A DNA stretch of 64,000 bases from Stylophora pistillata (Eukaryota): positions 1 to 64,000 of the forward strand of contig NW_019217916.1 of assembly GCF_002571385.2 (NCBI RefSeq), given 5' to 3'. Shown in pieces: positions 25,001 to 37,200 of the stretch (the stretch's first letter is position 1; every line of letters begins with the position of its first letter). The position numbers and the translations under genes are program-made. A model generated the notes under the pieces. That model saw nothing but the letters and a program-made list of their open reading frames with translations, did no database searches and was not told the origin of the DNA.

Positions 25001-27613
25001 TTTAAGGTCAGCTTCAACCTCATTCCTAAGAAAACCTACCCTCACCTATCAAAGAATTAAGATCAACAGTAGTTCTTGAACAAGGAGTTCTCGCATGTTA
25101 TCACCTTAAACTAGAGCATTTTTGTCAACTTAAATTCAACTTCCAAGAATTTTGATGGGCTGACATTACGTCAAACCTGAAAAAATTTACTCGGAGATAA
25201 ATATACTTTTACATGTGCCCTGCTTGCCTTCTGTTAATGCAGACCATTGACCAATGGGAGAAGCACCACTTCAGTCCAATGTTGCCAAGGTAACACCAGA
25301 CCCATCAGAGCTGGTTTAGAGCAACACAGAGGGTTGGTGCGTTGGGTGGTGAGAAGGTAGCAGGCTGCTGGAGTTAGCAATGACAGCACAGAGAAAAAGA
25401 GAAAAAAGCCAAGTCAGTTAAAATTCTAATGTCTATTGATGGAATCTGAAAATCTTCTGACCACACTTTATACTAAACAGTGACTCGATAATCATTCCAA
25501 ATGGGGACTAAATGTCAAAAAAAGACAATGAATTTCACTGTTTAAACCTTAAAATATCATGAATTATTTTCTGATGATTTCCCATCTGCAGGTACACAAA
25601 TGCATGTCTGTACCCTCATGGCTTTTAACTTGTTACTTTAATCACCTGCATGTATTTAAGAAACCTAATTTCAGTTTATAACAAGGTAAGCCTGTTAACT
25701 TTGAGAAGAAAGTGACAATGATAATGAGAACAATAATACAATCATGCAATATAATCAAAGCCTTAGTTGAACTTGGCTCAGACGGAGGGATGTGTGTTTT
25801 ATTTCCCAGAAGTAAAGGAAAAAATTGAAGGTATTTGATAACTGAATGATTCAGGATTCATTTCCCTTGTAATTATTCAGTTTTCAGAGATGAAATAATT
25901 ACTGAAATTTTAAAAAATATGCTTGAAAGTAATCTTTAATTGCACTAAGGCTTGGGATAATATATTTATAAAAACTCTTTCTGCTTTCACTGCACTTCAA
26001 TCAATCTGATTTTGAGTTGTATCATGGCTGAACTGTGAATGGAACTCCTAACATTTCAGAGTAATGACTTCAGGACTTCCAAGGAAATTGAAAACCTTGT
26101 TTTTTTTTTCAAAACTGGTTTTTCTTTCAGCAATCACACCCCAAGAGTAGGAGCTGCTTTTGAAAAGAAGACTGCAAAACTATTAAGATAAAAAATTGCC
26201 TTGCAGCAAGTTTGACGTTCTCAAAAAAGGAGTGATTCTCTTCAAATCAACCCTGATAGTGACCAGAAACAACATTTACAGAAATTTTGGAGTAAAAATT
26301 AACAAAATAACAGTACTGCACAACAAATGTACAGTACTGCAGCAATTACATGAAGAAATAATTTAATTTTGAAAACAGCCTAATATTTTGCACCAAAAAG
26401 TAAATATCAGGCTTTTATAAATGATGTACTTGAAGACTTGTAGTCTAACAAGTTGGACAAACTTCTTCAGATCTTTTATGAGAAAAAAAATTTGATTTTG
26501 GACATTTTTTTCACTCATTTTATTTCTTTTGTGGCGGAAAACGTTAGGAATTTTTTTTTGGTAAAACACAGGAAACAAGAGACAATCAGATTTTCAAAAA
26601 CACTTACAAAGTGTTCAAGAAGTAAAATCACGACGGAAAAATTAATCAGTTACTATTTAGTATTGGTCGTAGCATGGACTCTCTCCCTTGGCTTCTCCCT
26701 TGTCCCCAACAAATGCACAAATATTTACCTGGCATTCCTTCTCTGTTTTATGTGATGAAACACGTTAATCACGTCCCGAATTCTTCTCGGGCATTCTTCG
26801 ATTTTTGCAGCGAGAAAAATACATGCCATGGCGTATATCTGCAATGCAAGTTTATGAAGACGGTAGGTTCGGCATGAATTTTGCGTTTGTTAAATCACTA
26901 ATTTTAATGCAAGACGGATTAGCCTCAAAATAAAACTTATTTTTCACTGACCCTGTGCATAATAAGTCAAATAGAGGTGTTCAGTAAAATCGATCATGGA
27001 CACTTTACAAAGCACATGCACGCAACTTCGCCGCAATAGATATAAAAGACTGTTAAGAATTTTCTTTCACTTAAACAAAGTTGGAGAAAGGTTAAATGGG
27101 TAGACTGAATTTCATCTCTGTACCAGAGTTAAGATAGATATCCAACAGGAGAACTCTTATTAAAAAAATACTCAGAGGATCAAATTAATGTAAAGAAGAA
27201 CTGCATACAATCCATGTACAACAATCATCCAATTGCTTGCACGTTAAAAGTACTTTAACTTACCTCGCAGTCGTGTTTTACGAGCGACTTACTGTAGTAA
27301 AACCGTTGAAATAACACTTGAGCTGTAGCCATAGCTACCTGAAGGTTCCAAAGCAAAGAAACTCAGCCCACAACATCAACGTAACTCAAGTTTCCAAAAA
27401 CCAAACCGGAATTATACCTACCTGAGGTAATTTCAGCAAGATGCCCGCCACCTGAATATACTCGCAACCTATGATTCGTAAATCGATTTCTACTTCTTTA
27501 TCTAAGCCATCTTTCGATGAAGGTGTATTCTGAAGTTGTTCTTCGTCAAGAATGCAGTTTTCAAGCGAAATAACTACGTCGCCGTAGTCCGATTTGCCGG
27601 TAAGAGCGGCCAT
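12395..27613 (-). CDS. CCNL1: Cyclin L; exons 27613-27422, 27338-27264, 26838-26729, 17277-17193, 17107-17069, 16393-16329, 15724-15625, 15531-15469, 15258-15217, 13898-13745, 13583-13469, 12899-12395
   Basis: Spliced reading gives [35 protein letters not shown]|[18 protein letters not shown]|[26 protein letters not shown]|[14 protein letters not shown]|[13 protein letters not shown]|[26 protein letters not shown] and a C-terminal RS domain; all junctions GT-AG and in phase. Probably co-orthologous to CCNL1 and CCNL2. Confidence 0.96.
12966..13304 (+). mobile_element. tRNA-derived SINE (Nin/Deu-domain-like), copy 2, tail ending in ATAG-type repeat
   Basis: TAGCTCAATTGGTAGAGC A box, GGTTCGAGCCC B box, shared body, G-rich motif 13229-13245. 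Confidence 0.88.
14068..14966. mobile_element. hAT-like non-autonomous DNA transposon
   Basis: Terminal inverted repeats CAAGGCTGCAAATAAC ... GTTATTTGCAGCCCTG with subterminal CCGGTCA motifs; no clear TSD. Confidence 0.6.
15716..15810. repeat. Exact 45-bp tandem duplication spanning the cyclin L exon 7 splice acceptor
   Basis: ATAAAATTCCTGTGATGGGAAAAAAGGAGAGATGATAATCAGTTA occurs at 15716 and 15761. Confidence 0.95.
16801..17010. mobile_element. piggyBac-like MITE (TTAACCCTT...GGTTAA family), degenerate
   Basis: TTAACCCTTAAG start and AATTGGTTAA end; interior similar to the 32362 copy. Confidence 0.55.
18476..18742 (+). mobile_element. tRNA-derived SINE (second family)
   Basis: GGAGGCAGCATGGCTGAGTAG A-box-like and GGTTTGAGTCC B-box-like head followed by a body and AT-rich end. 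Confidence 0.6.
19005..19250. mobile_element. Kolobok-like MITE
   Basis: TTAA|AGGATCCCTTCCAACCACAATAC ... GTATTGTGGTTGGAAGGGATCCT|TTAA: perfect 23-bp TIR and TTAA TSD. Confidence 0.85.
22150..22445 (+). mobile_element. CORE/MIR-like SINE, degenerate
   Basis: GTCATTGTGTTTTGTTCTTGGG...CTCTCTACATCCAGGAAAATAGATGGGCACC; similar to 31455, 46390, 51720 copies. Confidence 0.55.
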
Positions 27614-27765
27614 GTTCGATAGTCTTATCCGACGTTCTTGCGACGTCACATTCTCCTTCTATGATGTCACGGTTGGAAGCACGTGCACGAATATTACCTT
27701 ATTTGGGATAATTTGTTGTCGTTATACCCTCGGAGGTTGTCGGAATTAACGCGAAAGCGGGAAAC
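27614..27765. promoter_or_regulatory. Compact bidirectional promoter between cyclin L and C3orf33 homolog
   Basis: Only 152 bp between divergent ATGs; CRE-like GACGTCA (27642), TGATGTCA (27662), E-box CACGTG (27680); both starts in AACATGGC (YY1-like) context. Confidence 0.75.
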
Positions 27766-30700
27766 ATGGCTGTCGAACTGGGTGAAAAAAACCAGAAAGA
27801 CGATGAAGTTGATATTTTAACAAAGATCACAGATTATGTGGACAAACAGTTACGACTTTTCAGGGTGAGAAAAGAATGGGTTTAAAGAGTCTCTGTTCCT
27901 TGATCACTTGACTCAATGGCTGCATGATAAAATAATGATTAAAAGAATTATAAGCATAACTTTTACTTTTAAAGAAATTTTAGGATAACTTCAGTAAATA
28001 GAATAATATTTTTTCTTGGGAAAATTCTATGATAAGTATGTATTAAGCATAGATCTGCTTTCCACAGAATGTTTCCTGGGTTCTGGCTGGAGCTGGAATT
28101 ATACTAATAGTGAGAAGAACATATGTGGTAAGTATTCTGTTACTATCATTAGGTAGGGATAAGGAAATAGTTGTGAGAGCTAGGAAATGACACTGTTGTA
28201 GAAACTACACAACGTTTATCAAAGAAGTGAACTGAAAATTACAGAAAACCCGGATGTATTTAAGTTTTTCTGTCTTATTCTGGGATGATAGTGAAATCAT
28301 TACAAGAAAAGCCAATAAAAATTAAAACTGAAAATGAATTTTAATAGTAGATAAACTTCTGTCATACAGGGGCCTTGTGCAACGCTCTGAAAAGCATATA
28401 ATTGTATTCTTGTAAGATATATCAATACCATATTGGATGCAGGCCGTTAATAGTGTCCTTGCTCTTTATAAAGTGAGTGCCTGGTTCTGGCAAGTGCTTT
28501 ACTGAATGAAACATTGTTGCTTAGTTTAGGCATTTTAAAGTTGTCTCTGACATCCCCAAAGAATTTGTAGCCAAGAACATCACCTTTCGTGGCCATGTTT
28601 GTGAGGTGAGATTTGACAACACTCTTGGCGTTTATCACATTCCTTTGATCAGAAGACTTAAATATTCATCTGATACAGGTTGGTTCTCAATTTACTAGAG
28701 CTACAGATGTGGTATTTTTCTAGTGAGATAAATATCCAACAAGTGCCTTCCTAGTTTCTCTCATCCTTTTGTAGACATTTTGGGAAGTAAGGTTACCTCA
28801 GCCTGCAGCACCTTGAATTGTCTGCTTGCCTCATTCTTACTTCAGTCTTCACTTGGCAGTGAAAAGGAAAGAAATGATCCTTGAAGATATGCTGCAATTA
28901 AAAAGAGGCATGAAAAAAACAGGAACTTGATTGTACTCCCAACATGAGGCTAAGTTAGCACTACCCAAATAGTATCAAGGAGACACCAGTTCTAACCCCA
29001 TCCTTCTAATTAGTTTTAATATTAGATTATGGAAAGGATATCCAGATGTATTTTTAGACTAAATGCGGGTAAGAAAAAAAATACATTTTGTTTTTTAACT
29101 TATAGCTATTGTAGATACACATACATTTTTGTAACAAGTCTGTCTCTTATACTCATCAATGTCACGTGTCTAAATAAAGTTATTCATTCATTCATTCACT
29201 TGGGAACTTTAAAATTTGATGTGTATTTTTTTATTTTTAAACAGAGGTCTCAAAACAATCCAGTCTTCTTGCCATCAGTCTTGTAGGAGTGGAATTCAGG
29301 GAAGGTGGGCACGAGTGGCTTTCAGGCCATCTGATGTCTACTGATGTTAAGATAACTCCTTTCCAAGTCACCAAAAAGCATACATTGGACTGCATGGTGT
29401 ACAAGAAAAAGGTAGACATGTTACATGCTTATTGCTTTTTTATGTTACTATGCAAATTTAAGGTTTTGTGGATGGGTGACTTTAGTGTAACTGCCGGCAT
29501 TCCTCTCGTGTGAGTTGTATGCAGGGTTTTTTCACAGAGAATAAATTGTTTTGCAGTTTTGTGAAGATTGCAGCTGGTTATTAAAGATAGCCTTTAGCCT
29601 TTTTGTGTGGCAGTGAGGCCCTTCATTATTTCACTAGTACCAATGTAGTAAGTGACTGTCCAATGAACCAACCAATTTTAGTAGGTGTGACAATCATTTA
29701 CATGTGGCCATAAAGGATTGCTTTTCTGTAACAACCCCTAACGATCTATAATTTTATTTTAATTTTTAATTTTAATTTAATTTAGTCCATTTTCACTGCA
29801 TTAAGTTTTGCAGTGGGGAAGGACTAGAAAGGAACATAGGAACCATTCGTGCTAGTCCACCCTCCCACCCATACCACCCCAGGGGAGGACATCCCTCACA
29901 CAGTAATCTCGTGTGTGGGAAATTAACGTCCCCTACCCCAACTCTGCGGGAGACAGGACCTCCATTTATTCATCCCTATCCGAGAAGACTAGAATATTTA
30001 ATCATTTCTTGATGTTTTAGAAAGGTAGCAAATTCTTCTCAATTATTTAAGATCCTGAGTGTTGGTCCAGCTGGGGCTCGAACCCTCGACCTCCCGCACG
30101 ACAGTCCAGCGCTCTTTCCATTGAGCTAACCGGGAGGCGGTTTGAATTAAACTTTGAAATTAAAATTGAATTTTTGAATTAAACTTTAAAAGAAGACTTA
30201 TCATAGTGAATGAATGGTTTGAAAATTGGGGAATATTACTTGTCTGAGTGATATCCACAGATGTCCCCCAGTTTTATTAGGGGAATATTTGGTCACGTGA
30301 TGTGTGCACCAATTGTGCATGAGCAAAAATATTTGATAGATCATAACTAAATTGTACAAATATACATTACTGTACCTTAAAAGGTTGAAGTTGAATTTCA
30401 GATAAACAAGCTGATAGTTGGAACATGGAGATAAAAAAAATATATTAAATTCTGACTAGAACTCTCCTGGTACAAATATTAAGAGTTTTAGTTGTCAAGG
30501 TGTCTAATTTGGTTTGCACATGAAGAAGCAAAGAAGTTGGTGCATACTTTTTTCCAATAAAGTTGGCATTTATGCTGTGTTGATAGGATGCTTCTTTTCA
30601 AGCCATTTTACTTTCATACCCATTGTCAAAATCTAAATATTATACAGTTAATCACTTTATTCTTGTTTTCAGAACTGGTTTTCATCTATATGTGTAAATC

Positions 30701-30969
30701 AAGAATTATTGCGTCAAGGTGTAGCAGTCACATGTCATGTTCCCACACTTGTCAACAGTCCAGTCTTTCAAAAACTTCAAAGACAACTCTTGAAGGCAGA
30801 ATTATTTGCTGAAAAGAAAGGTGTTGGTGTTTGGAAGAGACCATCAAGAGTAGAAGCACTTCAGAAAAAAATGTCTGCTCCAATCTCCTTGATAAAGAGG
30901 GGACTTGATGCTTTTAAATACCTTAGAAGTCTGTTTTCAAGGGAAGCGACAAACCATAAAGAGAAGTAG
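27766..30969 (+). CDS. C3orf33: C3orf33 homolog (single TM segment plus SNase-like fold); exons 27766-27864, 28068-28127, 28525-28678, 29245-29411, 30673-30969
   Basis: NVSWVLAGAGIILIVRR|FRHFKVVSDIPKEFVAKNITFRG..YHIPL|LLAISLVGVEFREGGHEWL|CVNQELLRQGVA..LLKAELFAEKKGVGVWK parallels recalled human C3orf33 motifs (SDIPVEFI, LNEEILRRGLG, LLKAELTALKKGEGIWK); GT-AG junctions in phase. Confidence 0.88.
29752..30141 (-). mobile_element. tRNA-derived SINE (Nin/Deu-domain-like), copy 3, tail ending in (AAATT)n
   Basis: Same head and body as 12966 copy on the minus strand. Confidence 0.87.
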
Positions 30970-31454
30970 TTTTCAAAAAAAGTTTTCTAAAGAATTTCTA
31001 AAAAATTATCTCCCAGTATGGTTGAGATTATGAAAATGAATTGCAATCCATTGATGATACTGACATCATCAAGGAGTATAATTTTATGCCATTTTCACCT
31101 ACTGGTATTTGCTGATCTTGCATGTTTTTCCAAGTTGCAAAGCATGGGATGGCAGTAGAATATTTAATCATAATTAATTTTGTTTGTCACATCAACATGG
31201 ATGCTTCTACTTGTCCCTTAAAAAGGACACAGAGAATAAACTAGGTTAAGCTCTTCCTCAGTCGTGTACTGATTCCTTAAAGAGAAATTTTACCTACAGT
31301 AGAACAAACTAGCCCTAGTTTTACAGCAAGGGATTTTTTAACATGATTTTAAGGCAAAATTGAGTTGCCAAAGTTTTAAGACGGCATATTATTTGAACGC
31401 AGCCTGTGGAAAAGAAGCATTGGTTGTTTTAAATTTTATTGTAGTTATGAGAAA

Positions 31455-31730
31455 AGGGATGCAGTGGCCTTATGGTCAATATGCAGGACTCTCGGTCAAG
31501 AGGTCTGGGTCTGAGACCTGGCTTGGGTCACTGTGTTGCATTCACAGTACCTTTCTCGACCCAGGAGTACAAATGGGTACGAGCGGATTGTCAAGAAGGC
31601 CTGATTAAATTCTTGGGAGTAACCCTGCAATGGAGTGGCATACCATCCAGAGTGGAGCAGTAATACTCATAGTCAGTTCATGCCACATGCTCTGGCTGGT
31701 TCAACCAATAGCCTTCGGTACAGACTATAA
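31455..31730 (+). mobile_element. CORE/MIR-like SINE
   Basis: tRNA-like head GCAGTGGCCTTATGGTC...GGTCTGAGACCTGG, then CCCAGGAGTACAAATGGGTAC core. Confidence 0.65.
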
Positions 31731-32361
31731 TAGAAGTAAGGGGGGGTGGTGGTGGTAGTCTGTGGATTATGATTCTATAGGGCTGATGGAAATAATGTGT
31801 TAATAATAAAAGTTCTCTTGCTAAATTGACCCGGCTATTTCCTTCCCATATTACCAAGAATTGTTTAGAGGAACTTGTTTTGTCAAGCCATCCTCTGTGA
31901 TTTGAACAAATATAAATCAAAATCAACATTTTATGAGGATTCAGTAATTTTTTAATTTCATATAAACTTCATACATCTCGTCTATATTTTTTTATTTTAT
32001 AAATTCATTAAAATGATCCATACCATTAATTGTCACCAATTCAACAGGCTTTTATGCCTCTTGAGTTCATGAGGTAAAAACAAATAAATTAACAAACAAA
32101 AATGATGTTTTCCTATGATGCAAACAAAATTTTCCATACCTAGTACATAAGTTTTAATCAGAAATAATTACAAAAGAAAGGATCTGGGTTGCCAACCATA
32201 TGAAAATACATCAAAACATATTTCAGTGATTTTGGAGAAAAATATGTTAAATTTAAGACATTTGAAACTCCAAAAGTTTAAAAAAACCTTCAAAATACAT
32301 TTAGGGAATTTACATCAAGTTGATTGTGTTCTCAATATAAATAGTATTAGCTAGTCTATTT

Positions 32362-32602
32362 TTAAACCTTTGACTCTTATGAGTGACCAAGACAGAATTT
32401 CTCCCTATAACATCCATATAATATCAAGCAGAGAAGTAATGAGAATAAAGAAAAATATCAACCAGAGGATGACTACATGGTCTAATACCATGTAGTCATC
32501 CATGTAGTTATACCATGTTTAATTCTATAAACTAACATCATAAGGATTTTAGAGCAGACAGTATGGAGAACTGCTAATAAGATCTGGGAGTAAAAGGGTT
32601 AG
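32362..32602. mobile_element. piggyBac-like MITE (TTAACCCTT family)
   Basis: TTAAACCTTTGACTC ... GGGAGTAAAAGGGTTAG; shared interior ATTTCTCCCTATAACATCCATA. Confidence 0.7.
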
Positions 32603-32755
32603 GAGACAAAAATTCACTAAAGGATCATAAGAAGCATGTAACTGCTCAGTGATTAATTGATCTGTGAAGTACCCTAAATATTAAGTATAATTGAGCTTCA
32701 CATGGTGTATGTGGCCATGAAAGAAATTAAAAAATCTAACCATAGTATCATTTGA

Positions 32756-33146
32756 CAGCCTTCTCAAAACTGGCCTGTCGGCGGCTCAACGAGCCCCCTC
32801 CTTTCAAATCTTGGCAGTCTCTTTTCAGTCAAAAAATATAATTCTTAACGGCAACAAATGAAAAAGAAAACAAGAAAAATTAAACGCGAACAAAGAAAGT
32901 TAAAGAAAAGCCACCAGAGTGCGTTTAGCCGGCGTGATCCGCTTAAATCTTATATAATAATTACACTCTACTTTTTTCCCTTTCAACACACCCAATATGC
33001 ACCAAATTGCATCTCCGAGCATCTAAATTTCCAAAATTTTCTGGGGAGCATGCCCCCGGACCCCCCTACAGGCTCGTGCCTGAAGGGCACTCAAAGGGTG
33101 CTGTTGGCACCTCAACCAACTCCTTGAAATTTTTTTGAGAAGGCTG
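32756..33146. mobile_element. hAT-like non-autonomous DNA transposon
   Basis: TIR CAGCCTTCTCAAAA ... TTTTGAGAAGGCTG. Confidence 0.75.
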
Positions 33147-33516
33147 ATTGAACTATGTTGCCTTTCTGCGAATATAGTCAGTCCAGGAGCCCCTTTTTCA
33201 AAAGTTCCAGCAACTTAATGGACCCAAAGCCATAATTATTTTAAAAACAAAATTAAAGAATAGACTAGCAGGTTATGGTAACTTATCAGTCCATTTTCTT
33301 TCTTATGCTGATATTTTCACTGTTTAATTTTCAAAACTAGTGAAACCCCTATCTTGAATGAAAACAGAATAGCTTAAAGGGCCTGCTTGGTGACCCTATT
33401 AAAATATCTGATTCTCACCTTTGAGTGTAGTATGTAAGAAACACCCATATCATACATGAAGGGCAGTCAAATAAAGGCCAGCAATTTCCCTCAATTTGAT
33501 TATTCCTTGGTAGTTT

Positions 33517-33672
33517 CTGATGAAGGGCAAACACTCAAAATGTCAGCTTGGAAACTCTTTATAGTGGCCAATTTACATCAACACAGTTGATAAAACCAAA
33601 TTGTTATATATCTTGTTATACTCCACCCATAAAACACCACAGTTTCTTCAGAAACTTACCCCCTTTACATTT
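33517..33672 (+). mobile_element. Penelope-like non-autonomous element with decayed minimal hammerhead ribozyme
   Basis: CTGATGAAGGGCAAACACTCAAAATGTCAGC fits the CUGAnGA-stem II-GAAA-c-GUC layout with GAAA changed to AAAA; second copy at 34562. Confidence 0.65.
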
Positions 33673-34299
33673 TATTACAATTTGCTTAACCTAACACAGC
33701 ATCTATATTGCTTAGTCACGTTAACTATGTAGAAAAAAATTGTGGCTAAGGATCTGTTCACACCAAATCATAAAGAACAAATTTGGATTACACATTCTAT
33801 AGTCCACACACACACACACACACAGATTATTTACATGTATAAACTAGTGTTGCCTAGTGGATCTTCCCAAAAGTGTTTACCAGAAGCAACTACAAATTCA
33901 GGAAGGAGTGTTGGGCAAAGATTCAGCCAACAAACAGGAAGTAACTGAGTGAAGTACCTCCAAATGTAGACCAACACTTTAATCTCGATTCTGACATGTT
34001 ATGACACTGTAGATAACTGATTGTCACCGCTCAACAAACAAGTTTCATTATGTTGAACTCAAAATATGACTGGCTGGATTAGTACACCTTGGAATTTATC
34101 ATTTCAGTCTTACCCTCTATTGGTTTTCATTGTTCAATTGGCCTGAGATAAGTTAAATGCACTGTAAAGGGTCTCGGCAACAAATTCTGACAATCACTCA
34201 AAAAATAAAGAAGCCTACCAAGGCCTCATTGAACTCCACCCCTAGACCCTGATCTAAATCAGCTGTATCTCTCAGCATGTTCTACAGTGAGACCCTTGT

Positions 34300-37200
34300 T
34301 TAGACTTCCTCGTGTTCTTTGTCTTCTCTGTCCTTTTGCTTGATTTTTTTCTGGTGACTTTTGGCTCTTTGGTATAGGAAGACTCCACATGTCACCATAA
34401 TAGTTCCTATGGCACTAAGGGTTGTTACCTCATTACCAAACACTAAGACAGACAACCAAATCAACAAGGCTCTCTTTGCTGTGTTTGAGACACTAAAAAA
34501 AAAAACAAACAAACAAAGTAATGTCATGAGACATACCTCCATCTCATACAACAATTAAGACCTCTGATGAAAGGTAACACTAAAAAATTCACCTTTAGAA
34601 AGCCTCTACAGCAGCCAATTTAATTATCAAATCAGTAGATAAAACCAAATCAGGCTATCCCTTATAATTATAAATGGGCTTGATTTTCTATGCAACATCT
34701 AAATTGGTAGGTGCTGTTTTGAATTTTTTTGCATGCTTTGTTCAAGCTTTACAATGCTCAGATAGGACCATAAGGTGACGTATTTAAAAAAGTAGCACCC
34801 AAAATACTAGAAAATGAAATAGTAGTGAACAATATATCATTTGTATATTTCCCCTCGCCCCACCATGGCTTGGAATTGTACTAACCTGATTCACAAAACA
34901 CCTGAACATATAAGTCAAACCAATCTTGATAATAGTGAAAATACAGTGATTTGCACATTAAAAACAGAAGTACTCACCTAAATGTAACTGGAGAAAGCAA
35001 AGACATCAGTCCAAATGCTGTGAGACTTTGCATGTAGAACATAAATCCATTCAACAGAAACATAAAAATCAAATGTCTATCCTCTGTCCACTTAATTTCA
35101 CCAGGCCACTCCTACAAGAGATGAAAGATCAAAATGGAAATAATTAATGTGTCCAACATAATGTGCACCTTTGATTTGTGGTGGGTTGGGGGGGGAAGTG
35201 CCATTTTCAAGCCATTCCCTTTTAAGATCAATAACATTTTCTTTATAATGGAACAGGTGACAAAATCAGCAGAGGTACAAATGATTAGTGATAAATTTAG
35301 ATATGGGAGAATAAAGAGTTGATCATTATGAGTTCCTTGAATGAAGCACTCTAGATGCCATGGGTGAAAAATTACAAGATTGTACATTCTCAAGTAAAGC
35401 TTAAACTCTTACAGTACTGTTGTAGAAAATAAAGCTGAAAAAACAAAATTCAGGCTTCAGTGAGACTCAAACCCATGCAATATAAATACTAACTGTCAAA
35501 GCCCAAATTTTTTTAGGCTTTTTTCTACAATTGCTCAAATTTTAGTTGACTTGTGAGGAGCATTGCTTTGCTTAATTTTTGGCTGCAGGCCAAATGAATT
35601 ATTGTTGGAACCGAGCTTACCCAGGCAATATGAATGGCCAACCTAGTGACTTTACTCCTGATCCATTTCATGAAATTTACATTATGTTCTTTTTAACATG
35701 AACACTCAAATAAAGTGACCAGTCAGCTTGAAACAGTTATCAATGATGTACAGATTATAGGATCTTTGCCAAAAGTAAAATTTTGCACATGTGACTGTGA
35801 CCTGTTCTTTGTTGTTTGCTTGTTTGTTTTGCTCATAGTTACATTCTAAATCTTCATGCAAATATATTTTATCTACAACTTAAATTTATCATGATTACCT
35901 CATTTTGACACAGTAATTCTGAATCATTAATTGCATAGACTATTGCAAGGAAAATTGTTGTCAGTGGTTCCTAAAAATCCACAAAACAGGCATTGTTGAC
36001 TAAGATCCTGTAATATAGTATAAAAGGAAACTCCTAAATTTTACCAGGAAAAACCAGAAAGGTAGTTGAACAGCAATTGCAGCAGCACTGGTATAAAACT
36101 GAAGTTCTGGTGGACTAAAAGAACAAATGAAACTTTGTTAATAGCATGAAAGATGAAATTAATGGACATGGTCTAAACTGGCTGATGTTTTTGGTGGTGC
36201 AACTGTGAGTGACTGGTGGGGGAAAGGAGGTAGGTTAGTGTCTTTGGCCCCCCTAGATCTGCTCCTGAAATACTTGGTTGGTGAAAACTTTTATTTATAG
36301 AAAAAAAGTCACTTGAAACATTTGGCTTACCTGTAGGGATGATCACTACTTAGAAGCTTCTTGGAAAACACATTCTGAAAACTATCAAGTAAAGGAGAAA
36401 AACAATTTAAACTTATTGACAAGAAAAAAAACCAGATTTACAAAATTCTAGAATTCTCAGTATTCATCAAATAATATTTAAATTTAAAATGATCATCATA
36501 GTCTGTTTAAAAGTCTTCTTGAGTTTAAACCCTGTAAAAGTTAAATAGGAAAGGAAAGGAAAGTCTTAAGCACTCTAAACAACAAACGTGTCTAGTTACA
36601 ATGATAAGGTTGAGATCGGATGTCAGCATTATCAGGCGCCTCTGGTAGCCACTTCAGTCCATGTAACGATCTCACCTTCCCGCCCATCCCACCCAGGGGA
36701 GGACATCCACCACACAGTAATCTTGTGTATGGGAAATTAACGTCTCCTACCCCTAACCCTGCAGGAGACTGGGTCTAGGGTTTATTCATCCTTATCAGAG
36801 AAGACTAGAATATCTATCCATCTCTTGATGTTATAGAAAGGTAGTAAATTCTCCTCAGTTATTTTAAGACCATGAGTATTGGTCCGGCCGGGGCTCGAAC
36901 CCTCGACCTCCTGCACAACACAATCCGGCGCTCTAACCAATTGAGCTAACCCGGATAGTGACCAACTTGTGGCTATCTCATACATCCCAGGCAAAAAAAG
37001 TTTTCTTTTTTTAAACAGTGTTAAGTTAAGATGTACATGAACAAGATGGGAAGGAAAGAGCTGAGCACTACCTCATAGTAAAAAAATTAATGATTAAGAT
37101 CAAAATTTGTTACTGCCAAGAGGTGGGTATGATCTAATGGCGTGCAATAACCACACAATAAAAATACCCTCAAAAGAATTGCATCCCTTCAAATAGTAAA

